Shown here piece by piece: positions 38,359 to 48,800 of a DNA stretch of 64,000 bases. The DNA is taken from NCBI GenBank assembly GCA_965112635.1, contig OZ218778.1, positions 1,856,001-1,920,000 of the forward strand, given 5' to 3'. Both the position numbers and the translations under genes were made by a program. The DNA comes from an uncultured bacterium. GTDB lineage: Bacteria > Oederibacteriota > Oederibacteriia > Oederibacteriales > Oederibacteriaceae. The notes beneath the pieces were generated by a model. It was not told the DNA's origin. It saw nothing but the letters and a program-made list of their open reading frames with translations, and made no database searches. The first letter of the stretch is position 1. Each line of letters opens with the position of its first letter.

Positions 38359-39405
38359 ATGAAAATTGAGGCGTTGACCCGGGACGAAGTAAGATCTGTT
38401 ATTAAAGGTGAAGCTAAGACGCGGCGTGTCCCCGTTTATGTCCATATTTGGGTGCATACGGAAACTTTTGGAGACCGTGAGCCTGCAGTGAAGGAAATAC
38501 TCAGCCGCTATCCCCAAGATGTCCAGCTTGTTTCATTCGTTATGCCGTGGGTGTTCCAGGGACCGAACGACAGGCCTGACTACAAATGGCTGCCTTATGA
38601 CGATCCCTACATAGGCCGAACCGTAGCGATCGATGAGCAGATCGCTTTACCCGATTGGAACGATTTGGACTCGATACTCGCCCGTTTTCCCGATCCGGAG
38701 TATCCGAACCTGTTCAAGGGAGCGGAAGCTCCTCCGGACGGCCGCTACAGGCTGGCCCATTGGTGGTTTTGTCTCTTTGAGCGCCACTGGAGCCTGAGAG
38801 GGATGACCAATGCTTTGTTGGACTATTATGAGCATCCGGCGGAGACGCACCGTCTTTTCCGGGCTCTGACGGACTTTTACTTACGGATCATTGAACGAGC
38901 TAAAAAGGAAAAGGGCTGCGACGGCATCTGGACCTCGGACGACCTGGGGACGCAGACCTCGACTTTCTTCTCGGTCAAGATTTTCCGGGAGTTTTTTAAG
39001 CCCTACTACACAGAAATAGCCCAAAAGATCCACGATCTGGGCATGGATTTTTGGATGCACGCCTGCGGTTATGTTGAGCCGTTTATCCCGGAATGGATCG
39101 AAGCCGGGCTTGATGTTCTGCACCCGATCCAGAAGCACACGATGGATGAAAAGAAGATCGCCGGGAAATATGGAGACCGTTTGACCATCTTTTCCGGTTT
39201 GGATGTCCAGCGAGTCATCCCTTGGGGGACCCCGCAGGAAGTCCGCGCCGAGGTCAGGTACCTGATGGACACCTTTTGGAGGCCGGGGAAAGGACGCTGC
39301 ATGATCACAGCTGGCAACGGGATCAACCAGGACTGCACCTTGGAGAGCCTGGAGGCGTTCTTGGACGAGGCCGTCCGCTATGGTGCTCAAGTGGCGCTCC
39401 GATAA
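38359..39405 (+). CDS. Uroporphyrinogen decarboxylase-like (URO-D/MtaA superfamily) protein
   Basis: LFERHWSLRG, SDDLG.Q, HACG, LHPIQ, GTPQEVR. Confidence 0.85.
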   Translation: MKIEALTRDEVRSVIKGEAKTRRVPVYVHIWVHTETFGDREPAVKEILSRYPQDVQLVSFVMPWVFQGPNDRPDYKWLPYDDPYIGRTVAIDEQIALPDWNDLDSILARFPDPEYPNLFKGAEAPPDGRYRLAHWWFCLFERHWSLRGMTNALLDYYEHPAETHRLFRALTDFYLRIIERAKKEKGCDGIWTSDDLGTQTSTFFSVKIFREFFKPYYTEIAQKIHDLGMDFWMHACGYVEPFIPEWIEAGLDVLHPIQKHTMDEKKIAGKYGDRLTIFSGLDVQRVIPWGTPQEVRAEVRYLMDTFWRPGKGRCMITAGNGINQDCTLESLEAFLDEAVRYGAQVALR

Positions 39406-39437
39406 CCTTAACGGCCTGGAGTGCCTGGGTTAATTCC

Positions 39438-39466
39438 TTGAAAAACAACAGTGGGTTTGGTAGATT
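39438..39466 (+). promoter_or_regulatory. Promoter of tRNA-Gly
   Basis: TTGAAA-17 bp-TAGATT with extended TG. Confidence 0.55.
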
Positions 39467-39500
39467 TTTCAGTTAGATTAATCTAAGGGAGTTCAATAGA

Positions 39501-39575
<75 letters not shown>

Positions 39576-39589
39576 AATTCCATACTATC

Positions 39590-41315
39590 TCACTGGTCGA
39601 CCATTTCCGTGACTTCGAGGACTTCCGACAAGGTGGTTACGCCGCTCAAAATCTTTTGGACACCGTCTTCGAACATCGTGACCATGCCGTTTTTGATGGA
39701 TTCCTCTTTGATCTTGGAAGCCGTCTCTTTTTCCACCACCAGTTTCCTGATACCTTCGTTCATCTCCAGCAATTCCGAAATGACGGTCCGGCCGCGGAAT
39801 CCAGTATTGAAGCAGTTGCGGCATCCCGGAGCATAAAAGATCTTGTGAGGGGTATGGCCAGTCACTAAAAAGGCTTTTTTGTCATCCTCGGTGGGGACCG
39901 TCTCTTTTTTGCAACGCAAACACAATGTCCTGACCAGACGTTGGCTGATGACCGCGCGCAGGGAGCTGGCGATCAGGTAAGGAGGAACTCCCATTTCCAC
40001 CAGTCGCACCACGGCCGATGGGGCGTCGTTGGTGTGAATGGTGGAGAAAACCAGGTGGCCGGTCAAAGAGGCCCGAATGGCGATCTCCGCGGTTTCCAGG
40101 TCCCTGATCTCGCCGACCAAAATGATATCCGGGTCCTGGCGAAGGATGGACCTCAAGGCGTAAGTGAAGTTGAGCCCGATTTCGCTGTGCATCTGTATCT
40201 GCGTAACGCCTTCGATCTCGTATTCCACGGGATCCTCCACGGTCGTGATGTTCTTAGTGCCCGTGTTGAGGGCCTGCAGGGCGCTATAGAGGGTCGTGGT
40301 CTTGCCGCTGCCCGTAGGGCCGCTCATCAGGATGATGCCATAGGTCTTGCGGATGATCCGCTTCAGGGCGTTCAACATATGAGGATTAAAACCGATATTA
40401 TCCAAACCCACGACCAAAACCCCTTTATCCAAGATACGCAGGACGACTTTTTCCCCGTTGATGGTCGGTGTGACGGCCACCCGGAAGTCTATTTCGCGGT
40501 TCTCCACTTTGATATGAAAACTGCCGTCCTGGGGCATGCGGCGTTCCATGATATCGAGCTTGGACATGACCTTGATCCTCGAGACAACGCTCGGCGCCAA
40601 GGCCAGCGGCAAGGTCTGCGCGGGCTGCAGGACCCCGTCCACTCGATAGAACACCTTTAAAAATGTTTTGGTCGGGATGATATGGATGTCGCTGGCCCGT
40701 CGTAAAAAGGCTTCCAAAAGGATCAGGTTAACCGACTTGACCACCGTGCTTTTTTCGTTCTCTTCCTGGACCGAGGCGGAAGGCACGGCGAGGTTGTCTA
40801 TCTCGATCCCCAGCCTTTTGGTCAGCGTCACGCCTTTGTCCACCGCCGTGTTCAACATATGCTGGACGATGCTGACCTTGTAATGGTCTTGATATTCCAT
40901 GAGTTTTTTCAGGATCTCACCGCGGGAGCCCATGGCCGCTTCAACCGGCCCCTGCAGGATGGCCTGGAGACGGTCCACCGTGTCCATATCCATGGGGTTT
41001 TCCATGGCTGACTATGGTGGTATTGTTCTTTTTCTCTATGGGGATCAACACCTTGCTGGAGGCCATATCCTGGGGGACCATGACCACGAGCTCCGGTTCC
41101 GGGGACAGGTTCTCCACGTCCAGGAAGGTGATCCCCATCGTGGATGCCCTTAATTTAAGCAGCTGCAACTCCTCCAGAAGTCCCAGATGGAGCAAAGCTT
41201 CACCAAAGGGAACTTTTTGTTCTTCCTCGTAATGGTGGACTTCCTCGAGTTGCTGGGAGGTCAGGATTTTCCTGTGGATTATCTCGTTTTGCAGGGCCAG
41301 GTCCGCGGGTTTCAA
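39590..41315 (-). pseudogene. GspE/PilB-family secretion ATPase with a frameshift near 41009 (pseudogene or assembly error)
   Basis: N-part 41315-41010 (MshEN-like/T2SSE_N, SD AAGGAG) and C-part 41005-39590 (GPTGSGKTT, RQDPD..GEIRD, GHLVFSTIHTN, CxxC). Removing one base gives I-V-A-M-E-N-P. Confidence 0.8.
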
Positions 41316-41390
41316 GAAACAATCTCCTTTTAATTAGAAGGGTGCTAAAAAAGTTCTCCACACTGGACTTTTTCAGATTTATTGAATTGT

Positions 41391-41472
41391 AAAGCATCGC
41401 CAATCCCTGCGGATTTGCGATGTAACAGGCTGCTAAATGACCCTCTATTAGGGTTTTTCAGCAGCCTGTTAG
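41391..41472. repeat. Structured dispersed repeat, copy 1 (two hairpins; IS-like inverted ends)
   Basis: CATCGC..GCGATG and TAACAGGCTGCT..AGCAGCCTGTTA; similar to 57941-58021. Confidence 0.75.
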
Positions 41473-42473
41473 AAATCAACGGTCAAAGAAAAGCGATGGG
41501 CCTCGCCTAAACTGGCATAAGGCACAAAGGCGTAATCAAAATGATAATACATCAAACCCAGTAAAAGGGAATAGCCAAAACCCGTCGTGAACATGAAAGG
41601 CAGGGAGGTCTGCTCGATCAAGCCGAGCCTGACTGCCAGGTCCTGCGCGCCCCAACGGGAGTTGTATTCCAATCCCAGATGGATCCCCAAATCCTGGCCA
41701 ATGAAATCATAGGAGGTTTCAGCGGAGGCCAGAATATTGCGGGGTTGTTTTGTTTCTTCCTGCTGGCCGCCGATGTTTTCCATGAGTTCTCCCAAGGCGA
41801 ACTTTTTAGCGATCCCTATCCTCAACAGCAAAGGCAGGGAATATCCGCCGAGCTCGGACCCGAGATTCTGCAGGGTCACGCCCAAGGAAGTTGCTTCGGC
41901 AAAAGGCCGGATGATGCCTCCCACATCAAAAGCGAAGCCGCTAAATCCCGCTCCCACAAAATCTTCGTGCAGCAGTTTAGCCGTGATGCCAGCGTGGAAG
42001 ATCTTGGAAAAGGTCGTGCCATAACTTAATTCGCCGAACAAGGCTGAGAAATTGAGGCTGTCCGCGCTGGGCACGAACATGCCCGGCAAAGGGAAGGACG
42101 GGTCCGTGGGCGTCATTTCATCGGCTTTGGAAACAGGGGAGGACCCCAGACGATTAACGCAAATGCTGAGGCCGCTATGGTTGGAAAGGGGCAGGGCATA
42201 GGCCGCGCTGTCAAAACTGGTGCCCAGAAACCAGTTGATATGGGTGAAAGAAAGTTCCTGGAAGGACAGGTCGCCGAGGCCGGCCGGATTCCAATAGGTG
42301 GACAAGGTGCCGCTGGCCACGGCGCAATAGGCGTCCCCCAGACTGGACGGCCGGGAACCGGTGGCTATCAAAAACTCTTCGCCAGCCACTGTGCCTGCCG
42401 CGAATGAATTCAGGGGATGCGTCAGAATAGAAAAAAGGATAAGGAATGCGATGGCTTGAGATTTTTGTGTCGT
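41469..42473 (-). CDS. PorV/PorQ-family outer-membrane beta-barrel (probable ACG start)
   Basis: GSRPSSLGDAY..YWNPAGL; DYAFVP..LGEAHRFSLTVDF; signal peptide is complete only if started at ACG 42473. Confidence 0.82.
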   Translation of the reverse strand, partial: TTQKSQAIAFLILFSILTHPLNSFAAGTVAGEEFLIATGSRPSSLGDAYCAVASGTLSTYWNPAGLGDLSFQELSFTHINWFLGTSFDSAAYALPLSNHSGLSICVNRLGSSPVSKADEMTPTDPSFPLPGMFVPSADSLNFSALFGELSYGTTFSKIFHAGITAKLLHEDFVGAGFSGFAFDVGGIIRPFAEATSLGVTLQNLGSELGGYSLPLLLRIGIAKKFALGELMENIGGQQEETKQPRNILASAETSYDFIGQDLGIHLGLEYNSRWGAQDLAVRLGLIEQTSLPFMFTTGFGYSLLLGLMYYHFDYAFVPYASLGEAHRFSLTVDF

Positions 42474-42586
42474 AGGGCTAACCTCCTAAAATATCGGGTC
42501 ACTATCGGCAGAGAACCCAGGTATGGCTAGAGAATAATATTATACTACTGGTAAGAGAAGACCTGACCCAGGTTCACCATCATTCT

Positions 42587-43588
42587 TTAGAAGCTCGCTC
42601 CCAGGGATATTCTTTGGGCATCACCCAGCTGGTCCATAGGCACAAAAGCGTAATCCAGGGCATATGCGCTGCTGCCGATTTCCAGGGCAAGCCCCACCCC
42701 GCAGCTCAGCAGCAGGTAGCTGCTGGTGGACTTGGCTATACCGCCGCGCAAGGCCAGGATGGTGCTGCCCATCTTAGGGGCCCATTCCAGGCCCAAATGA
42801 AACCCATAGTCCTGGCTGTTCACCAGGTCGGTCAGGTCCAGGCTGGCCAGAATATCTTTGGCCGCCGTCTTATTCTCCGGGGCTAGGGCCAGCAGCTCCT
42901 CAATATCCGTATAGCTCATCCTTTTGGCTATTCCGGCCCTGGCCATGAGGGGAAACGCAAACCCGTCCAATCCCGTGCTCATATTCTGCACAACCAGACC
43001 GGCTATATCCGTATCCGATAGTCTGACCTGCGCTCCCAGATCTCCTGCAAACCCGGTTGCGCTGTCGTCCAGCAGGTTTTCCTGGATACATTTGACATTG
43101 GCGCCGACATTGAGCATGGGCAGCAGGCCCCAGCCAAACCCTATTCCGCCCATGATAGACCCTACACTGACCGTCTGGTTTGCAGGAGAGTATTGGCCGG
43201 ACAAGGGGTTATCAGGGCTAGGCAATGTTTCATTGGTGACCGTGATGTCCGGGATACCCAGACGGCTTACAAACAGGCTTAACCCACTCTTTTTGCCTAT
43301 GTTGACGGCATAAGCCACAGTATCTAGGGAGATATTCTGCATCCACATCAGGTGGGTCAGGGAGATATCCTGGTATTGGAGTCTAGCCAGGCCAGCCGGG
43401 TTCCAAAAAGGGGCGAGAGCGCCGGTGACCACGGCTGTGTAGGCCTCAGCCATACCGCTGGGACGGGAACCGACCCCCAGCAACAGCTCATCGCCCGCGG
43501 TCTCTCCGGCCCCAAAGCAGTGGCTCACCAAACACAGGGAACACAGGCAGATAAGAGTGATTATCTTATCAATACGATAGTGCCGCGT
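42587..43588 (-). CDS. PorV/PorQ-family outer-membrane beta-barrel (probable ACG start)
   Basis: GSRPSGMAEAY..FWNPAGL; DYAFVP..LGDAQRISLGASF; signal peptide extends upstream of TTG 43531 to ACG 43588. Confidence 0.82.
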   Translation of the reverse strand, partial: TRHYRIDKIITLICLCSLCLVSHCFGAGETAGDELLLGVGSRPSGMAEAYTAVVTGALAPFWNPAGLARLQYQDISLTHLMWMQNISLDTVAYAVNIGKKSGLSLFVSRLGIPDITVTNETLPSPDNPLSGQYSPANQTVSVGSIMGGIGFGWGLLPMLNVGANVKCIQENLLDDSATGFAGDLGAQVRLSDTDIAGLVVQNMSTGLDGFAFPLMARAGIAKRMSYTDIEELLALAPENKTAAKDILASLDLTDLVNSQDYGFHLGLEWAPKMGSTILALRGGIAKSTSSYLLLSCGVGLALEIGSSAYALDYAFVPMDQLGDAQRISLGASF

Positions 43589-45792
43589 GATGTCTGGCCT
43601 CCTCCTGAGACTAGGTAAAAATACACGCCTGGAGCGACTGCCTGACCGTTGTCATTGGTACCGTCCCAGGCGGCGTAGGTGGTGCTGGTGGCTATGCTTT
43701 TGACCAGCAGGGCTGACATGGTCCGTATCTCAATGGTCGAGCCAGCCGGGATATTGGCGAATTTCAGCTCATGGTTCAGGGCTGTTTTGACCCTAAAAGG
43801 ATTGGGATAGACCACCAGGCTGCCGATGCTCACCAGAGCCTTGTTGCTGGTCAGGGGGGAGTAGGGGGTTATCTGGCTGAGGATATCGTTGTAACTCATG
43901 CTAAAAGTGTTTGAAATGAACACCCCGGTTGGGTCATTGCTGTTGACCTTGGCTACAAGATTTTTGCTGACCGTGCTGTTGGGATTGACGTTGGCGATGG
44001 TCCAGCTATACAGGCCCGGCCCAAGCACGCTATATCCGCTGTCAGCGGAAACAAAGGTCATGGTGTTGGGCAGGGTGTCCCAGATAAGGACATTTTGGGC
44101 GGGACCGCCCCTGTTCTGACAGGAAAGGGTCCAGGTCACCTGGTCACCCTGGTTTGCTTTGGGAACATTGGAGGATTTGGCCAGGGTAAAGCTGGCCGGA
44201 AGAGGAGTTGGAGTATTGGTTGGAGTATAGGTGGAGGTAAAGGTATATGTGTTGGTAAAGGTCGGGCCCGCCGTGGACTCACCGGAATATTTGGTCAGGA
44301 AGCCCTGATTATCTAGGCCTTTGACCGTGTAGTAGTAAAAGGTACTTGTACAGGCATTAGTGGCGGTGGAGTCGGTATAAGTAGTGCCACCCACTAAAGA
44401 ACCGTTGATCTGTGCATAGCCAGTTCCCTCGGTCGTACTACGGTAAACATTGTAGCCTGAGATGCCGAAGGTGGAGATGGGGGGAGCAGACCAGGTGAGA
44501 GATACAGTAGAAGGACAAGTAATGGTGGCAACCAGACCAGAGGGAGGAACCAAGGTGCCCATGGCATTATAGAAGTTGATGCGGCCGTAGCCCAGGTACT
44601 GATTCCAGCCATTAGCATCATAGGCATGATCGGCGGCATCGACCTTATCCGCGGTTTTGGTGATGCGGGTGGAGACTTCATCATAGGACACGCCGTTGGA
44701 CATTAGGACAGCGGCCAGGGCACAAACATAGGGACACGACATGGATGTGCCGCCCCAGTTTGCGTATGCGGAAGGTCCTCCGATTTCAGTGGTCAAATCG
44801 CCTCCCGGGGCAGCGCATATGACATAAGAGCTATAGGTGGAATAGGTTGCCCATTCATCATGGCTTCCCGAGGCGGCTATAGCGAAAGCTATGCCATCTG
44901 AGGCAGGATAAATGAGTTCATAGGTTCCGCTATCCCCTGACGCGGCCATTGCAATATGATGGTCGGTGGAATAGGCATTGCTTATGGCTGTATCAACGCC
45001 GGAAGCGCTCACAAAACCCCAGCTGCAATTAAAGACCTGCGCGCCGTGCTGGGAGGCCCAGTCGATTCCCGCGATAGCGTTGGCCGCTGTCGCGTCCGTC
45101 CAATTGGTCGTGATTTTTACAGGCATGATCAGGCAATTCCAAGCCATGCCCGCTATACCCGTACTATTATTAACTTCTGCTCCCAGTAGTCCTGAGATCT
45201 CAGTGCCATGACCATGGATATCCGTAGTATCAGAACTATTGGAGATCACATTCCAACCCGGGACAATTTTATCCATCAGGTCCACGTGACTGGAATTTAT
45301 TCCGGAATCAATCACAGCAACCACGGTGGAGGTTAACCCTTTGGCCCAGGGCATCATGGCGGGAGTGTTCCAAGCTTTGTCTGTTTGGGTGATAGGAATC
45401 GGCCACAAGACTCCGCTCTGGTAATAGGTATCGTTGGGAAGGGAGTAGGGGGTATAGGCCGGATGGGCGTAATAATTAGGATAGGCGTTTTTGATCTTAA
45501 TATGTTTTTTCGCCTTCCCAGCATAGTCCAGAACATTTTTACCATGGGGTATTTTTAGGTGATAGATATCCAATCTGCCCAGTTTTTTTATAACTTCACA
45601 GCCTAATTCTTTGGCAATGGCACGCGCTTCTGATTCGGGGACTTTTCCTTTTTCAAATTCAATTATTATCTCCCCTTCCACGTAATCAGGTTTTTCTCCG
45701 GCATAAAGGGGGTGTAATAAAAAGGGGATTATCAAGAAAACAGCCAAAAAAATATACGATATTATTATTCCCAATAGTATGTATTTTTTCAT
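43561..45792 (-). CDS. S8 subtilase (thermitase-like) with FN3, Thr linker, DUF11-like and T9SS-CTD-like domains
   Basis: Prodomain YVEGEIII; triad VIDSG, HGHGT, GTSMS; VYPNPF..WDGTNDNG..PGVYFY..GTIVLIR. Confidence 0.88.
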   Translation of the reverse strand: MKKYILLGIIISYIFLAVFLIIPFLLHPLYAGEKPDYVEGEIIIEFEKGKVPESEARAIAKELGCEVIKKLGRLDIYHLKIPHGKNVLDYAGKAKKHIKIKNAYPNYYAHPAYTPYSLPNDTYYQSGVLWPIPITQTDKAWNTPAMMPWAKGLTSTVVAVIDSGINSSHVDLMDKIVPGWNVISNSSDTTDIHGHGTEISGLLGAEVNNSTGIAGMAWNCLIMPVKITTNWTDATAANAIAGIDWASQHGAQVFNCSWGFVSASGVDTAISNAYSTDHHIAMAASGDSGTYELIYPASDGIAFAIAASGSHDEWATYSTYSSYVICAAPGGDLTTEIGGPSAYANWGGTSMSCPYVCALAAVLMSNGVSYDEVSTRITKTADKVDAADHAYDANGWNQYLGYGRINFYNAMGTLVPPSGLVATITCPSTVSLTWSAPPISTFGISGYNVYRSTTEGTGYAQINGSLVGGTTYTDSTATNACTSTFYYYTVKGLDNQGFLTKYSGESTAGPTFTNTYTFTSTYTPTNTPTPLPASFTLAKSSNVPKANQGDQVTWTLSCQNRGGPAQNVLIWDTLPNTMTFVSADSGYSVLGPGLYSWTIANVNPNSTVSKNLVAKVNSNDPTGVFISNTFSMSYNDILSQITPYSPLTSNKALVSIGSLVVYPNPFRVKTALNHELKFANIPAGSTIEIRTMSALLVKSIATSTTYAAWDGTNDNGQAVAPGVYFYLVSGGGQTSRGTIVLIR

Positions 45793-45893
45793 TGGCAATC
45801 CTTTGGAATAGGGAAATTAGAAGATTATCTACGTGTTTCTTCAATTATATGGCAAAAAACGGTTGTATTGGTCTTTGCAAATCCTGGGTATTT

Positions 45894-48800
45894 CTATTTA
45901 ATTATAGAAATTTTTAACGGTTTCTTTTGAGTTTGACCGCTGACCTGGGAATCGGCTTCTACAATTCCCACATAAAGACCGGCCGCAGTATTATTGACAT
46001 CCCAACCCAGGGTGGCAATGCCAGGCCCGGCTGCGGGCAAGCTGAGGGTGTTCACCAGCTCTCCCACCACATCATAAATTCTCACGGTCAGGCTGGATTG
46101 GTCCTGCAAAGCGACCTTGAACCATACCTTGTGGTCTGGGGTGGAGAGGTACGGGTTGGGGTAGACCGAAGCGTCCATAAACCCGCTTAAATTGGAGCTT
46201 AACACGGTCACACTTTGCACCAGCACATCGTGCTGGTGGTTGTAGGTCTGATCTATTTTGATCAAATACTCTCCGCTTTGCACATAATTGCCCAAGGCCG
46301 TGGTGCCGTCCCAGGTCAGGCGGGCTTGGTTCAAGGAGCCTAGCCCATCTGCCATTAACTGACCTGTGGAGGAAAAGATGTTTATCCCGATCGTGGTTGT
46401 CCCTGTGGGTTGATTGCTTATCTGCAGTAAATTACTGGTCAACTTCATGCTTCCCAATTGTCCCTGGACGAAATAGCTCTGGTAAAGCTGTTTGACCAAC
46501 TCTCCGCTGGTGGTGTAGATACTGACGGTCAAAAGGTCTCCTGACTTGAGCACGGTCAGGGGCATGACGACCGTATTGCCTTGCAGGCCGGGGATATCGG
46601 CTTTAAGCACATATTGCCCGCTGTCCACAAGGTAGCCCAGGTCGCTTTTGCCGTCCCAGGGGACATGGTAGATGATGCCAGCGCTTTTGATCTCGATATC
46701 AAAGAGGCCGGAGTTGGGGTCAAAGATGGTAGAGCCGCTGCCTGAGGAAAGCTGGATACCGCTAAACCCACCCAAGACAAGGACATTACTGAAGGTTTTG
46801 ACCACTTCACCGGCTTCGTCGTAGACCTTGAGCTCCAGGTTGGTCATCACCGGGGTATTGGTAGCGGTCACGGTGGCGGTATGGGTCTGGGTTTGGGTTT
46901 TGGACGGAGTCCAGGTCAGGGAAGAAGTCAAGGTCACTGAAGAGGTCACGGTAACAGTGGAGGTCAGAGTGATGGTGGCTGTATTTGTCATTGTTGAAGT
47001 AGGCAGAGGTGTATAGGTGGTAGTGGTCGTGGCTGACTCAGTGAAAGTGTTGGTATTGGTTGAGGTGGGTAAGGGGGTAGGTGTAGTTGTAGGCGTCCCT
47101 GTTTCAGTGGCTGTGTAAGTAAAGGTGAAGGAGTATAAAGTCGTAACCGTGGCCGTAGGGGTCGCTGTATTGGTAGAGGTGCTAGTTAAAGTTATCGTAG
47201 CTGTAACCGTGATGGTCGCTGTTGATGTTGGTGTATTGGTAGCAGTACTAGTTGGCGAAATGGTATGGGTTGGTGTAGCCGTACCCGTGTTTGTGCTGGT
47301 GTAGGTAGAGGTGGCGGTGCTGGTGTTGGTATTGCTGACGCAGGGAGTCACGTTTTCCACGTACACATCGCCGCAGTAGGGCCTTCCCAGCTCCTCGCCA
47401 AGGCCGGCTCCCATGACCAGGGAATTGGTGCCATTGCCGGTCAGGTCGCCTATAAGCACGTTGCCTCCTCCTACTTCTTCCCCGCCGGTGCCAAGGGAAA
47501 CTCCGTAATAACGCATGGTATAGAACGCAGGGTTTGCTATATCCCTTATTTGGCCTTTGCCGGCGGTCCATGGTCCGGTGGTCACCCACACCACGCCATT
47601 TTCCCAAATGTTATTTGGTTTATTAGATAAGGCGCCGCTTCCGGCGTCGCCAGCTCCTATGGCCAGACTCGGCACCGGAGTACAGCTAAAACAAAGTTGG
47701 CCGATGGCCATATTGTCCCCAAAATCAGTAGCATAAGCTCCAAATGCGCCATCGCCGTCTAAGCGGATGTTGAAATTGTTTACAAGATTCAAGTCTACAT
47801 CATTGCCATTACCTAAAGGGAAGTTAGTGGGGTTGTCATTGGAATAGACAATATAGACTGAGCCATTTCCATTCCTTCCTTGGCTGTTTTCTCCCGCCGC
47901 ACCCATGGCCAAATCCAGATTGCCATTTAAAAATCCCAGGGCTATCCCATCGCCAAGGTCTCCTGGTGCCGCGGTATAGGGCATTTCCTCTGAGGCATTG
48001 GCGCTTTGGGCCCCATCAAAACGCACGTTACAGTTATTAATATTATTCATGTCCACCATGACCCCCGGTCCGCCACCTATGGGTCCGTAGATCACATAGA
48101 CTGCACCATTGTTTACCTTGCCGTTCGTGGAGGTGCCGGGTGCGCTCATGATGAGATCAGGATGGCCGTCTGTATTACCTCCAGCGCCCCCTCCCACGTC
48201 AGCTATGGCTACCTGCTGGCCCATGCCAACCTCAGCCGCAGCGCCGACGTAGAGGTGGTCATAGTTATTGACATTATTCAGATCCAGGATTGCGGCTGGA
48301 CCCGCGGGCAGAGGGCCGTCTATCGTGAACACTGACCCGGAAATGAATCTGCCGGCAAAATTGTTATAGAAAATATCTCCGATGGCCAGGTCATTGATGT
48401 TGTCGCCGTTGATGTCCCCTATGGCGAATGAGGCGGCTCCGGCGTAATTATTGACGATCTCCACGTTATAGTTGTTAGGATTGGCGAAGCTCACCACTGC
48501 CCCAGGGCCGCCCGCAAACGGTCCGTATTTTACCCATACCGCCCAGCCGCCCCCCATAACCAGGTCGTTCACATTGTCATTGTTCAGATCGCCGATGGCT
48601 AAGGCAAACCCGAGGTTGGCCCCCCCGCCGGGGCCGTCGTAACGGATATCAAAATTATTGAATATATTGAGGTCGGGCTGGTTGGCCATGGTGAGAGGGA
48701 AATTGACCAGCCCGCCATAGATGATATAGACCGAGCCGCTGCCACCGCCGTTGTAGCTGGCATTGCCATCCCCTATGACCAGGTCAGGGATGCCGTCTCC

